The notes under the pieces: generated by a model
Seen by the model: only the letters and a program-made list of their open reading frames with translations
Told to the model about the DNA's origin: nothing
Database searches by the model: none
Part shown: positions 26,363-35,849 of the stretch, piece by piece
How positions within the stretch are numbered: position 1 is the stretch's first letter
Layout: each line of letters begins with the position of its first letter
Translations under genes and position numbers: made by a program
Source of the DNA: Spirochaetales bacterium
GTDB lineage: Bacteria; Spirochaetota; Spirochaetia; JABEVK01
Direction of reading: 5' to 3'
Assembly: GCA_037142615.1 (NCBI GenBank)
Contig: JBAXAI010000002.1
Coordinates: 168,436-232,435, forward strand
DNA: 64,000 nt

Positions 26363-28842
26363 TAGTCGAGGAGGTTGAGGTCTTGAGGTGAGTTGGACTC
26401 TGGTGCAGGGGTATCGAGGCCGAGGTCGAGGTTCAGGTCGGTATTGAGATCGCCCGACGAACCTGACATTTCCTGGAGGGCCCCTTGGATGTTCGACGCG
26501 AGTGCTTCGTTGCGCAGGCGGCGGAAGTTGGCCATGTTCGAAACTTCGGTGGGGCCGGTTCCATTCAAGAAGATCTCCCCGATCACCTTCTCGCCGGGTT
26601 CGCCCGACGGCAACAGACCCGTCTCTGCGTCCACATTCATCGAGTAAAGCCCGGTTGAGGGGCGCGCGAACTTGAGCGGGGCCAAGTTGGCATGAACCTG
26701 CTTCATGAACGAGGCCCAGAGCGGACCCGCTGCCACAGCGCCGGAGTTTTCCAAACCCAACGAGTTGCCAGGCTTGTCAAACCCGAGCCAGATAGCCGTG
26801 GTCATATAGGGCGAATAGCCCACCGTCCACGCGTCTGACCAGTTTTGGGTAGTCCCTGTTTTTCCTGCCATTTCCATGGGCAGGCCGTTCACTCCGTACA
26901 CTGCACCAGCGAGGGTGCCCTCAGAGACGGTGGTCTTGAGCAGGTCGGTCATGATGTAGGCCGTCTGTGGGCTGATGAGCTGAGACGCGCTACCCTTGTA
27001 CTTCTGCACCTCAAGAGCATCCAAGGCCGGGTTGTTGATGATATTACCCTTGCGGTCCTGAATGTAGAGTAGGGCGATAGGATCGACGGCTCGGCCCTGA
27101 TTCGCGAAGACCGCGTAGGCGCGGGCCATCTGGATCGGCGCGATCGAGATGATACCCAGAGCCAGGGGGTACTTACGTGGGAACGTCTGGGCAATCTTAA
27201 CGGGGTCCGAAATGCCCAGGAGCAGTGCCGCCCGGTCGATCGCGGCGTCGAAGCCTACTCCGGCTAGCACCTGAATCGCGGGGACGTTCATGGAATGCGC
27301 GAGGGCCTGGCGAAGCAACACCGGCCCCTTCCATTCGCCCTTGAAGTTGAGCGGCGTGTAAGTCGTGCCGTCGTCGTAGGTGAACACCGTGGGGGCGTCC
27401 ATGATCATCGTTGCCGGGGTGTACTTGTGCGAATCGATGGCAGCTGAATAGAACAAGGGCTTGAACGACGAGCCCGGTTGGATATTGGCTTGTACGGCCC
27501 GGTTGAACTGATTGAGGCGATCGAATTGCGAACCGCCGACCATGGCCTTGATGTAGCCGGTGGAATTATCGATGGTCACGAGCGCGCCTTCGACCTGGGT
27601 CTTGCCCGAAAGATCGATCACGCTCTGGTAGGCCGTCACGGCAGCGTCCTGAACCAAGTCGAGACCAAACAGCTTCGCCGCGACGTCTATGGTGGGTGAA
27701 ACCTGAACGTTGAGGTACTCACGGGCGTCGCGCAGGTACTGGGTGCTGCTGGCCTTGAAGTCTGGCAAATTGAAGCCGAGCGCGAGCATGTCGAGCAGCG
27801 GGCTGATTTCGGTGTCGACCACGTTTCCGCGAGTCTCCGTATTGGAATGGTAGCGGGAATTGGTGTCTGCGATGCCCTTGGTCATCACCTCGTCGGCGAC
27901 CTTCTGTATACTGAGGTCAAGCGTCGTGTGAATGGTCAGACCGTCTCGGTAAATGTCGTGCGGCCCGAGCAAGTTCTCTTCGACAAGACCGCGGATGTAC
28001 TCCGAGAAGAAAGGAGCCTTGTCTTTACGGTCAAAGAAGGCGGTACTGAGGCTGTCACGCCGGTAGTCGTAGTTCGACCAGTACTTGTTGAACGAATCGT
28101 CCGACTGGGCCTGACTGATAAAGCCCCGCGTGACCATGTCGGCCAAGATCTCTTCCTGAATCTTGCGGGCGCTGTTGGGGTTGCGGATCGGAGAGTACAA
28201 GCCGGGTCGGACGAGTTGGATGACCAGAATGGCCGACTCAGCCACTGTGATCTCGCGCACCGAATGACGGAAGAAGTACTGGCTGGCAGACTCAACGCCG
28301 TAGGTCGTGTGGCCAAAGGGCATGTTGTTGAGGTACTGCTCGAGGATCTCCTGCTTGCTGAAGCGGCTCTCAAGCTGGAATGCCCACCAAAGTTCCTCCA
28401 GCTTTCGGGTCAGGGTAATCTGCGAGCGGTCGGAGTAAAGCTTACCCGCCAATTGTTGGGTCACCGTGCTACCGCCAGAAAACAATTGCCCGGTGAGCAT
28501 CTGAAAGAGGGCGCGGCTGAAGCCCCGCAGCGAAAATCCGTTGTGTGTAAAGAACTCTTGGTCTTCGCGGGTCAATAACGCGTTGGTGAGGTACTTGGGG
28601 ACCTCGTTGTACGAGACAATTTCCCGCTTCTCGTCGGAGAAAAACTCGGTGATCAAGTTTCCATTGATGTCGAGCACCTGCGACGGAAGGGAAGGGCTGA
28701 AATCCCCGAAGCTAATCTGGTTGCGGATGTTGATGTTGGCAGCCATCACCAAGCCCAGAAGCAGGCCCATGACAGCCGAGGAACCCAGCCCGAACAGGGC
28801 CAGGAACGTCAGGACCCGGTTACGCCGGGCAGAAAAAGTCAT
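26362..28842 (-). CDS. Penicillin-binding protein 1A (class A)
   Basis: ED..FF.H.G, GGSTVTQQ, RK..E transglycosylase motifs; QPGSSFKP, S.N and KTGT transpeptidase motifs. Confidence 0.95.
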   Translation of the reverse strand: MTFSARRNRVLTFLALFGLGSSAVMGLLLGLVMAANINIRNQISFGDFSPSLPSQVLDINGNLITEFFSDEKREIVSYNEVPKYLTNALLTREDQEFFTHNGFSLRGFSRALFQMLTGQLFSGGSTVTQQLAGKLYSDRSQITLTRKLEELWWAFQLESRFSKQEILEQYLNNMPFGHTTYGVESASQYFFRHSVREITVAESAILVIQLVRPGLYSPIRNPNSARKIQEEILADMVTRGFISQAQSDDSFNKYWSNYDYRRDSLSTAFFDRKDKAPFFSEYIRGLVEENLLGPHDIYRDGLTIHTTLDLSIQKVADEVMTKGIADTNSRYHSNTETRGNVVDTEISPLLDMLALGFNLPDFKASSTQYLRDAREYLNVQVSPTIDVAAKLFGLDLVQDAAVTAYQSVIDLSGKTQVEGALVTIDNSTGYIKAMVGGSQFDRLNQFNRAVQANIQPGSSFKPLFYSAAIDSHKYTPATMIMDAPTVFTYDDGTTYTPLNFKGEWKGPVLLRQALAHSMNVPAIQVLAGVGFDAAIDRAALLLGISDPVKIAQTFPRKYPLALGIISIAPIQMARAYAVFANQGRAVDPIALLYIQDRKGNIINNPALDALEVQKYKGSASQLISPQTAYIMTDLLKTTVSEGTLAGAVYGVNGLPMEMAGKTGTTQNWSDAWTVGYSPYMTTAIWLGFDKPGNSLGLENSGAVAAGPLWASFMKQVHANLAPLKFARPSTGLYSMNVDAETGLLPSGEPGEKVIGEIFLNGTGPTEVSNMANFRRLRNEALASNIQGALQEMSGSSGDLNTDLNLDLGLDTPAPESNSPQDLNLLD

Positions 28843-28886
28843 GTCGCCAGACTAGGCCACAAGCGCCGGCCGAGTCAAGGCGAGGC

Positions 28887-28917
28887 AAAAAAAGAGACCA
28901 GCTGGGGAGCTGGTCTC
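28887..28917 (-). terminator. Rho-independent terminator
   Basis: Perfect 10-bp stem followed by T7 on the minus strand. Confidence 0.85.
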
Positions 28918-28975
28918 AACCCCGAAGGGTACCGTCGGATATAGTAAACTGGGAGGGGAACTATATCTGCCCGGC
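28887..28975 (-). ncRNA. Candidate small RNA with three hairpins and C-rich loops, ending in an intrinsic terminator
   Basis: GATATAGT-[TCCCCTCCCAGTTT]-ACTATATC; ACCC-TTCG-GGGT; GAGACCAGCT-CCCC-AGCTGGTCTC-T7. Confidence 0.55.
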
Positions 28976-28982
28976 ATTCTCT

Positions 28983-29010
28983 TTGTCGGTTGTCTGGCTC
29001 CCTAACTTGA
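28983..29010 (-). promoter_or_regulatory. Putative sigma28 promoter for the candidate sRNA
   Basis: Minus strand reads TCAAG-N15-ACCGACAA, ending about 8 nt before the first hairpin. Confidence 0.5.
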
Positions 29011-29027
29011 TACCGGACCTACGGAAA

Positions 29028-30014
29028 TCACTGTTTTTCGACCAGAAGCTGCAAATTGAGCCGAATCCGGTACTTGCCACCGTCGGGGATCTCAAACGCC
29101 TGCGATACCAGCGTGTTCCCGATCGACACCTGAACAAGGTGGGTGCCGAGCTCGACGGGGTAGAGCGTGACCGGAGTCCATGCGAGTTTTTTGCCGTCCA
29201 GTACAATCTGCGCTCCTTCGGGGGCTTCAAAAACCACCGAAGGCGATTCGAGGGGAAGCTCCAGCGTGACCTCTGTGACCTTGGCCTGACTCACCGCAAC
29301 GTTGGCCGTGGCACCGCTGTAGCCGGGAAGGGAAGCCTCGAGCGTGTAGAGTCCGGGCTCGAGCAGCAGAAGCCCATCCGCAGACTGGGGCACACCGTTG
29401 GCGGTCAGTTTGAGGCGCTTTCGTTCTTCGGTCCCCAAAGTGGGGGTAAGCACGCTCAGGGCTCCCAGATTGCTGTTGATTGGGCGTGTCCTGAGCTGTA
29501 ATTGAAAAGCCAGGTGCTGGGCCTCGGCGGGAAGTTCACCGATCGGAAGCACCACCACGGCCAGGGGAAAGCCCTTGTCGAGTTGAGTCAGTTTGAGTAC
29601 GGCCGTGTCAACCGAAGCCCTGAGTCCTGCCTTGGCCACCAACGGAGCCAACAAGTAGAAGCGGGCATTAGGGGGAAGCACTTCCACGCTCAGTTTGTCG
29701 CCCTGTCCTGGCTCTTTCCCTTTGGGTGCCACGTAGTTCTGGTAGACAAACAGTGCGAGCAAGGATCGGTAAGGCAACAGTTCCCGGGGAATCGTCACCT
29801 CGATCTCAAGTCCTCGGGTAAAACGCGTCGTGGCGGGAAGCGTCACCTGCACAACCTCTTCGGTAGTGAAAGTTACTGCCGGCGCATCGGGTAGTACTTC
29901 GCCGCGGTAGGCCCCCTTAACGGGTTCAGCCACAAGGGCAGCAGTAGCCAGCCAGGACGCCACGAGCAACAAGACGAAGATCCGCTTCTGGCGTGCCGAG
30001 GTGTGCTGGCTCAT
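29028..30014 (-). CDS. Exported protein with PEGA-like C-terminal domains
   Basis: Signal peptide; L.PG.YTLEA..PGY and PEGAQIVLDG...G.H.V motifs. Confidence 0.65.
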   Translation of the reverse strand: MSQHTSARQKRIFVLLLVASWLATAALVAEPVKGAYRGEVLPDAPAVTFTTEEVVQVTLPATTRFTRGLEIEVTIPRELLPYRSLLALFVYQNYVAPKGKEPGQGDKLSVEVLPPNARFYLLAPLVAKAGLRASVDTAVLKLTQLDKGFPLAVVVLPIGELPAEAQHLAFQLQLRTRPINSNLGALSVLTPTLGTEERKRLKLTANGVPQSADGLLLLEPGLYTLEASLPGYSGATANVAVSQAKVTEVTLELPLESPSVVFEAPEGAQIVLDGKKLAWTPVTLYPVELGTHLVQVSIGNTLVSQAFEIPDGGKYRIRLNLQLLVEKQ

Positions 30015-30919
30015 CGCTTGACCGGCAGAAAGGAGACGGGGTCTTCAGGATGACCGAGCCTACGGATTTCGAAATGCAAGTGCGGACCGGTCGACATTCC
30101 TGTGCTCCCAACGCTCCCGATCATCGTACCCGAAAGCACTCTGGTATTCAAGGAAGTCGCCGTCCTGCTGAGGTGGCCATAGACGGTTTCGTAGCCGTCT
30201 CCATGGTCGAGCCGGATGAAGTTGCCTAGCACCGCGTTGTACGCCACCTCGACCACCGTGCCATCGCGGGCAGCGTAGACTTCGGTTCCAACCGGGGCGG
30301 CAAGGTCGACACCGTTGTGGAAGAGCGGGTGCCCTGTGAATGGGCTAATTCTCATCCCGAACGACGAGGTGAGTTTTCCCTTGGGCAACGGAAACCTGAA
30401 CAGAATCCCCAGAAAAAAAGCCCTTTCCAAAGGATGAAAGCGTTCCCCAAGGAAGAACGCCACCCTGACTGGTTTGCCGCCCCGCTGAATGACGAGCGAC
30501 TGGGTGGCCGCCGTGCTGTCGCGCCATCCTGCCATGAGCCGGTCAAGCTCGCCGGGAGACTCAGTGTCCAGGAAGACGCCCGGCTGACTGGGAATCAACA
30601 ACAGCCGACCCGGTTGCACGCCCTCGGCCGTGGTGAGGCCATTGAGCGTCGTCAAGGTTTCATACGGGAGGTTGAACCGGCTTGCCAGCGAGAACAGGTT
30701 GTCATCGACTTTCACGTAGTAGGTGAACAGCGCTAGGTCGCCGGGGCTTTCGTGTCGCGCAAGCGCCTGTCCAGCACTCTCGACCAATTCCTGCTGCTGG
30801 CGAAAAAGCCCATCCTTGGCCACCGTCAGAACCCGGATCTCGGGATACGGTGGCACTTCAGCCCCGCTGGCAGAACTGAGAGCCAAGACCAACAACGCGG
30901 CCAGGCAGCTGAGTCTCAA
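30011..30919 (-). CDS. LysM / M23 family peptidase
   Basis: Signal peptide, LysM, HNGVD, YGHL, STGPHLHFE. Confidence 0.9.
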   Translation of the reverse strand: MRLSCLAALLVLALSSASGAEVPPYPEIRVLTVAKDGLFRQQQELVESAGQALARHESPGDLALFTYYVKVDDNLFSLASRFNLPYETLTTLNGLTTAEGVQPGRLLLIPSQPGVFLDTESPGELDRLMAGWRDSTAATQSLVIQRGGKPVRVAFFLGERFHPLERAFFLGILFRFPLPKGKLTSSFGMRISPFTGHPLFHNGVDLAAPVGTEVYAARDGTVVEVAYNAVLGNFIRLDHGDGYETVYGHLSRTATSLNTRVLSGTMIGSVGSTGMSTGPHLHFEIRRLGHPEDPVSFLPVKR

Positions 30920-31764
30920 GCGCTGGTCTCCCCCGGCACCGGAAACAGACCCTCAAGAATGGCCTCGCCAAGGGGGAGTCCCCCCGAACTGCGGCCCAAT
31001 TGCCGGTCGGGCCTCGTTTCCCCGTGAAAATCCGACCCTCCAGAGACCTTGAGTCCGAAACTGCGAGCCAAGGCCTCGAGCCTCCTTGCCACCCTCGGCT
31101 CAACCCCAGGGTGCCAGGCTTCCAGGCCATCGAGACCCAGCAGTTTCCACTCCGGTAGCCGTACGGCCAAGTTGGCCACCGACAGTCTCAGGGTCTTCGG
31201 GTGTGCGACGACGGCCAAGCCCCCTGCCTCATGGATCATCGAAATGGCCTCGCCGAGCTCAAGCCCCGCTTTGGGTTCATAGAACAGCCTTCCCCGCCCC
31301 AAAAAATGGTTGAACGCGTCCTGAATGGTCTCGACCTTGCCCTTTTCCACCAGAAATCGGGCGAAATGTGGCCTTCCGACCTGTCCGCCCTGGGCCAGCG
31401 CCTCGATCTGTTCAAACTCGCCCTGTATCCCCGCCTCCTGCATTCGACGGAACATCGTCAGGTTCCGTCGGGCTCTCAACTGCTGGAGGTGCTTCAGTCC
31501 GACCACCCAGCCATCGGTCCACTGCTGCAGTCCGAGTCCCAACAAATGAAACTCGCCCTCGTCAAAAGCGATTTCCAGTTCGATGCCGCCGAAAAAACGG
31601 ATTCCGAGCACCCGACAAGCCTGATGGGCCTCATCAAGTCCGGCAACGGTATCGTGATCGGTCAAGGCCAGCGCCGTTACTCCCTGCGACCGGGCTAACG
31701 TAGCCAAGGCCGCCGGGGTCAGCATTCCATCAGAAGCCGTCGAGTGGGAATGGAAGTCGACCAT
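30916..31764 (-). CDS. PHP-domain phosphoesterase (TrpH/YciV-like)
   Basis: DFHSHSTASDG, LTDHD, GRPH, AHP, GGSDFHG. Confidence 0.92.
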   Translation of the reverse strand: MVDFHSHSTASDGMLTPAALATLARSQGVTALALTDHDTVAGLDEAHQACRVLGIRFFGGIELEIAFDEGEFHLLGLGLQQWTDGWVVGLKHLQQLRARRNLTMFRRMQEAGIQGEFEQIEALAQGGQVGRPHFARFLVEKGKVETIQDAFNHFLGRGRLFYEPKAGLELGEAISMIHEAGGLAVVAHPKTLRLSVANLAVRLPEWKLLGLDGLEAWHPGVEPRVARRLEALARSFGLKVSGGSDFHGETRPDRQLGRSSGGLPLGEAILEGLFPVPGETSA

Positions 31765-31792
31765 CGCACCAGTGTAATTGTTTTTTCGGAGG

Positions 31793-31821
31793 TTGACAGG
31801 GGGGCAGGGGAGAATTATCCT
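31793..31821 (+). promoter_or_regulatory. sigma70-type promoter for the cNMP/CRP operon
   Basis: TTGACA-N17-TATCCT. Confidence 0.7.
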
Positions 31822-31853
31822 GAGTTTGGTACCTTTGCCTTGAGGGAGGTTTC

Positions 31854-32867
31854 GTGCCCAAAGCCACCCAGTACAAAACCAACTCGGTTATTTTCTTCCA
31901 GGGGGATGCGGGAGACAAAATCTTTATCCTTAAAGCGGGCAAGGTCCTTCTTAAATCCAACGACATCGAAACCAAGGAAGAGATCAAGGAACTGGTAGCC
32001 TCCGGCGAGTTCTTCGGGGTAAAATCCGCGCTCGGGCGCTACCCGCGGGATGAGACGGCGCAAGTTCTTTCCGACGCAGAAGTTCTCGTGTTCACGGTTC
32101 CCGAGTTCGAGCAGTTGGTCCTGTCGAATACGCGCATCATCATGAAGATGCTGAAGGTTTTCTCCAACCAGCTGCGGCGCATGGTGAGCAAGGTCCAGAA
32201 CCTTATTTCCAAGGGCAACAACAAGGATCTCGAAACTGGTCTTTTTGGCATCGGCGAGTACTATTACAACAACCGGCACTACAAACAGGCCCAGCACGCC
32301 CTGACCCGGTATCTAGGCCACTATCCCGAAGGGCGCTATTCTGCCGAAGCCTCTGAGTTGGCCCGAAAGGCGGGACAGGGCGCAGGCAAGACCGATTCCA
32401 CGGATATTTTCGCAGCCGCTGGCGCCGAAGCCGATTTCACTCCTCCCAAAGCGACACCCGCGCCAGGTTCTGTCGATGCTTTGGCCGCCAAGGGATTTTT
32501 CGAAGCGGTAGCGCTGGCGAACCAGGAAAAGTACCTCGAAGCCTTCAAAATCTTCCAGAAGCTGGTCAGTACCAACGCCGACCCCGAGCATGCCGCCAAG
32601 GCGGAGTTCGAGATGGGGCGCTGTCTGGTTTTCCTGACAAAGTATGACGAGGCAATCAAACACCTGACTGCGCTGATCACGAAGTACCCCAAGCACCCCG
32701 ACCTCAAAGACGCGTTGTTTTTCATAGGACGCTCGTACCAAGGCAAAGGCGATGCTACGTGGGCTCGCAACTTCTTCAACAAGATCCTCGGAATCGCTGC
32801 TGAGGACGAACCCGTTTCCATCAAGACCCGCAAGGCCCTCAAAGAGCTCGAAGGGGCCAAGGCATGA
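31854..32867 (+). CDS. Cyclic-nucleotide-binding domain plus TPR protein
   Basis: IFFQGD...GEFFG....PR.ETA cNMP domain, followed by YbgF/BamD-like TPRs. Confidence 0.85.
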   Translation: MPKATQYKTNSVIFFQGDAGDKIFILKAGKVLLKSNDIETKEEIKELVASGEFFGVKSALGRYPRDETAQVLSDAEVLVFTVPEFEQLVLSNTRIIMKMLKVFSNQLRRMVSKVQNLISKGNNKDLETGLFGIGEYYYNNRHYKQAQHALTRYLGHYPEGRYSAEASELARKAGQGAGKTDSTDIFAAAGAEADFTPPKATPAPGSVDALAAKGFFEAVALANQEKYLEAFKIFQKLVSTNADPEHAAKAEFEMGRCLVFLTKYDEAIKHLTALITKYPKHPDLKDALFFIGRSYQGKGDATWARNFFNKILGIAAEDEPVSIKTRKALKELEGAKA

Positions 32868-33508
32868 CCCTCGACTTGTCGGTTTTCAACCGCTTCGCCA
32901 TCACAAAAAAGGCCGGAGACATCATTTTTTGCGAGTACGAGCCTGGCGACGCCTTCTACCTTATCCAGAGCGGCCAGGTGAAGATCGTCAAAATTGTGGG
33001 CGAGATTGAAAAGACCCTCGACATCCTCAATCCGGGTGAGTTTTTTGGCGAAATGGCCCTGCTGGAAGAGGCCCCGAGGAGCGCCACCACCATGGCTCTC
33101 ACCGACGTGAAACTGCTGGAGTTCAACCGCGCGAACTTCGAAGTTCTCATGCAGGGTAACCCACAGATCGTCCTGAATCTGCTCAAGCTCTTCAGCAAAC
33201 GGATCTACGACCAGAAGCGTAGGTTCATGATTCTCAACTTCGGTGACGATCATCAGGCCCGGGTTGCCGATGTGTTCCTTATGCTCGAAGAGAATCAGCC
33301 TCGACCCGCCGACCCCACTGACGTCGTTCGCGTGTTCCCCAATTCCGCCGAAGACATCGCCAACTGGGCTGGGCTGTCGGTGGCCAAGGTCAGCGAAGTG
33401 CTCAAACAGTTTGCCAACCAGCGCCGGGTCGAAATTCAGCAAGGCAAAATTGTCGTCAAGAACATCAACGACTTCACCCGCTTTGTCAAATCCAAACGCC
33501 AGGAATAG
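32864..33508 (+). CDS. Crp/Fnr family transcriptional regulator
   Basis: GEFFGEMALL...PRSAT cNMP site and a C-terminal HTH (EDIANWAGLS...VSEVL). Confidence 0.88.
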   Translation: MTLDLSVFNRFAITKKAGDIIFCEYEPGDAFYLIQSGQVKIVKIVGEIEKTLDILNPGEFFGEMALLEEAPRSATTMALTDVKLLEFNRANFEVLMQGNPQIVLNLLKLFSKRIYDQKRRFMILNFGDDHQARVADVFLMLEENQPRPADPTDVVRVFPNSAEDIANWAGLSVAKVSEVLKQFANQRRVEIQQGKIVVKNINDFTRFVKSKRQE

Positions 33509-33534
33509 GCCCTTCAGGGCCCTCAGGAGTCTTC

Positions 33535-34509
33535 ATGAACTATCGCAAACTCGGTGCTACCGGTCTCAAGGTCAGTGAAATTGCCTATGGAAGTTGGCTG
33601 ACTTTCGGGAATCAGGTCGAACTCGACTCTGCGAAAGCCATCCTTCAGCGCGCCCGGGAACTCGGCATCAACTACATCGACTGTGCCGACGTCTACAACG
33701 CGGGTCAGGCCGAGTCCCTGCTGGGACAGATTCTGCCGGGTTGGCGCCGCAGTGACTACGTCGTGGCGACCAAGGCCTTTTGGCCCATGAGCGACAACGT
33801 GAATGACCGCGGCTTGTCGCGCAAGCACATTATCGACAGCGTTGAGGCGAGCCTTGAGCGTCTGAAGCTGAAGTACGTTGATCTGTGGTACTGCCATCGC
33901 TACGATCCCGAGACTCCTCTGGTTGAGACTTTGGAGGCGATTGAGGACCAGATCCGGCTCGGAAAGATCACCTACTGGGGAACCAGCGAGTGGGAAGCCG
34001 ATCAGATCGCAGAGGCGTGGGCCCTGTGTGAAGCGAAAGGGTGGCACAAACCCGTGGTCAACCAGCCGTACTATTCGCTTTTGGGCAGAAAGATTGAACT
34101 GCGGATTCTTCCCACCTGCGAGCGGCTCGGTATCGGAACGGCCTCGTTCTCGCCACTCGCTCAAGGCATCTTGACCGGGAAATATGCGTCAGGCGCTTTG
34201 CCAGTTGGAAGCCGCGGCGCGAACGACAAACTCAACATGTTCATGAAGGAGAGTTTGGGAAACCCCAAAGTGCTCGAAAAGGTGGAAAAGCTCCGACCCA
34301 TTGCGGAGCGGTGTCACCTGAGTGTGGGGCAGTTGGCGATCGCCCGGCTGCTGCAACACCACGCCATCTCGAGCGTTATTGTGGGGGCGAGCTCCGTCAA
34401 GCAATTGGAAGAAAATTGCGTGGCCGCCGGAGTCAAACTTCCGGCCGCAGAGATCAAAAGAATCGACGCCCTGTTCCCGACTCCAGACGCGGTCGGCCGG
34501 TTCACCTGA
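33535..34509 (+). CDS. Aldo/keto reductase (Kv-beta/Tas-like)
   Basis: YR.LG.TGLKVS, D.AD.Y, GLSRKHI, SPLAQG.LTGKY. Confidence 0.93.
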   Translation: MNYRKLGATGLKVSEIAYGSWLTFGNQVELDSAKAILQRARELGINYIDCADVYNAGQAESLLGQILPGWRRSDYVVATKAFWPMSDNVNDRGLSRKHIIDSVEASLERLKLKYVDLWYCHRYDPETPLVETLEAIEDQIRLGKITYWGTSEWEADQIAEAWALCEAKGWHKPVVNQPYYSLLGRKIELRILPTCERLGIGTASFSPLAQGILTGKYASGALPVGSRGANDKLNMFMKESLGNPKVLEKVEKLRPIAERCHLSVGQLAIARLLQHHAISSVIVGASSVKQLEENCVAAGVKLPAAEIKRIDALFPTPDAVGRFT

Positions 34510-34518
34510 TCACGAAGT

Positions 34519-35661
34519 CTACTTGATCAGATCCAGCACCGTTTGGGCCGCCTTCTTGTAGTCGGTCTCGTTTCTCTCAATGGCCTTGGCAAGGTTCGTT
34601 TTGGCGTCGTCCCATTTCTTCTGGGCGTAGGCGGTTAGTCCTTTGGCATACTCGAGCAGGCCTGCGGGCAAGGTCTTGGTAGAGACCAGGGCAAAGGCTG
34701 CCTCGGCTTGAGGGTAGTCCTTGAGCTCATACGAGGCTAAACCGGCGTAGTAACGAGCCTGGTCGTCGGCCGGACGCTGAACAAGGGCCGACTGAAAAAG
34801 CTTGAGGGCCCCTGCGTAATCCTTGTCCTTCATCTTTGCCACGCCTTGCGCCAGCAGGGTGCTGAAGCTGGTCTGTACTGCCCAGTACGCAGCGAGGTCC
34901 TTGGAGCCGGTGCTCAGGCTCTTCCCGCTTTGGAATCGCTGGAGAGCAGACTGGCGATTGGCTTCCAAAGTGGCCGCTGGTGCTAGATTGCCCAGAATCG
35001 AACCAAGAATGCGCGGATACACGGGATCGGTTGACTGAAGCAAAAAGGTGACAAGCGCCCAGCTGTCGAGTTCGTTTGCTGCGGGGGCAGTCAGGAGTGC
35101 ACTGAGGTCAGTCACCGGCTGTGTCGCCCAACGGGCCTGAAGGGCGTCCAGGAACGGTTCCTCGGTTACCGGCCCCAAGGAAGTGCCATCCCAGCTGACG
35201 TTCCAAAAGTGGTAGGCCAGACCGGTTTCAATCCACGAGGGTGATCGCGGCAGAAACGACCAAAGGTACTGGTAAAAACCCTGAAATGCGAGGGGGTGAG
35301 CGAGGTCAGCGGTGTTCCAGCCTGCAAGAACACTTTGCGCCGGATCGGTGTATTGAAGGAAGACGAAGTCCTCGGGAGGCGAGGCTGTCGTGCCCTCGAG
35401 CGCCTTCACGAAGTCCTCCTTGCTGCTGTACAAAGTCACGGCCAGCGGGGCCGGCAGTTTGCTGAGGTCAAACAGGAAAAGCTGGTTGTAACGCTGGAGC
35501 AGCGCTTCCATCAGGGCTAACGTTTCGTTCGCCTTTTCCGAGCCAGCCCAGGAGGTCACCACATAGTGGTCGCTCTTAACGACCGTCGGTTCCGCGTTCG
35601 ATTGAGCTCCCAGAGGGATACTTATCAAGGCGAAGCACAGGAGTAACGAAAGGTTGCGCAT
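34519..35661 (-). CDS. Exported TPR-containing protein
   Basis: Signal peptide and C-terminal TPRs. The middle resembles a peptidase MA-like fold (P.WIETGLA) without HEXXH. Confidence 0.65.
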   Translation of the reverse strand: MRNLSLLLCFALISIPLGAQSNAEPTVVKSDHYVVTSWAGSEKANETLALMEALLQRYNQLFLFDLSKLPAPLAVTLYSSKEDFVKALEGTTASPPEDFVFLQYTDPAQSVLAGWNTADLAHPLAFQGFYQYLWSFLPRSPSWIETGLAYHFWNVSWDGTSLGPVTEEPFLDALQARWATQPVTDLSALLTAPAANELDSWALVTFLLQSTDPVYPRILGSILGNLAPAATLEANRQSALQRFQSGKSLSTGSKDLAAYWAVQTSFSTLLAQGVAKMKDKDYAGALKLFQSALVQRPADDQARYYAGLASYELKDYPQAEAAFALVSTKTLPAGLLEYAKGLTAYAQKKWDDAKTNLAKAIERNETDYKKAAQTVLDLIK

Positions 35662-35723
35662 GGGGTCTCCTGCGGTCATTGTAGTGCAGGCTCTCAAGAA
35701 TCTCAAACCGGAATACGCTATAC

Positions 35724-35809
35724 TGCCGAGGACCGGAATCGAACCGGCACGGACGTTTCCATCCGGGGGATTTTAAGTCCCATGTGTCTACCTATTTCAC
35801 CACCCCGGC
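35724..35809 (-). tRNA. tRNA-Leu (TAA)
   Basis: GCCGGGG/CCTCGGC acceptor, anticodon loop CT-TAA-AA, long variable arm, GGTTCGATTCC. No encoded CCA. Confidence 0.95.
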
Positions 35810-35849
35810 GATGGGAACGACCTTAGCAAAACCAAGGGGTTCTTTCAAG

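Noticed and set aside
26027-26378. ORFs of 70-112 aa over the repeat region
   Set aside because: They are translations of the DNA repeat in several frames, with no SD or recognisable domain.
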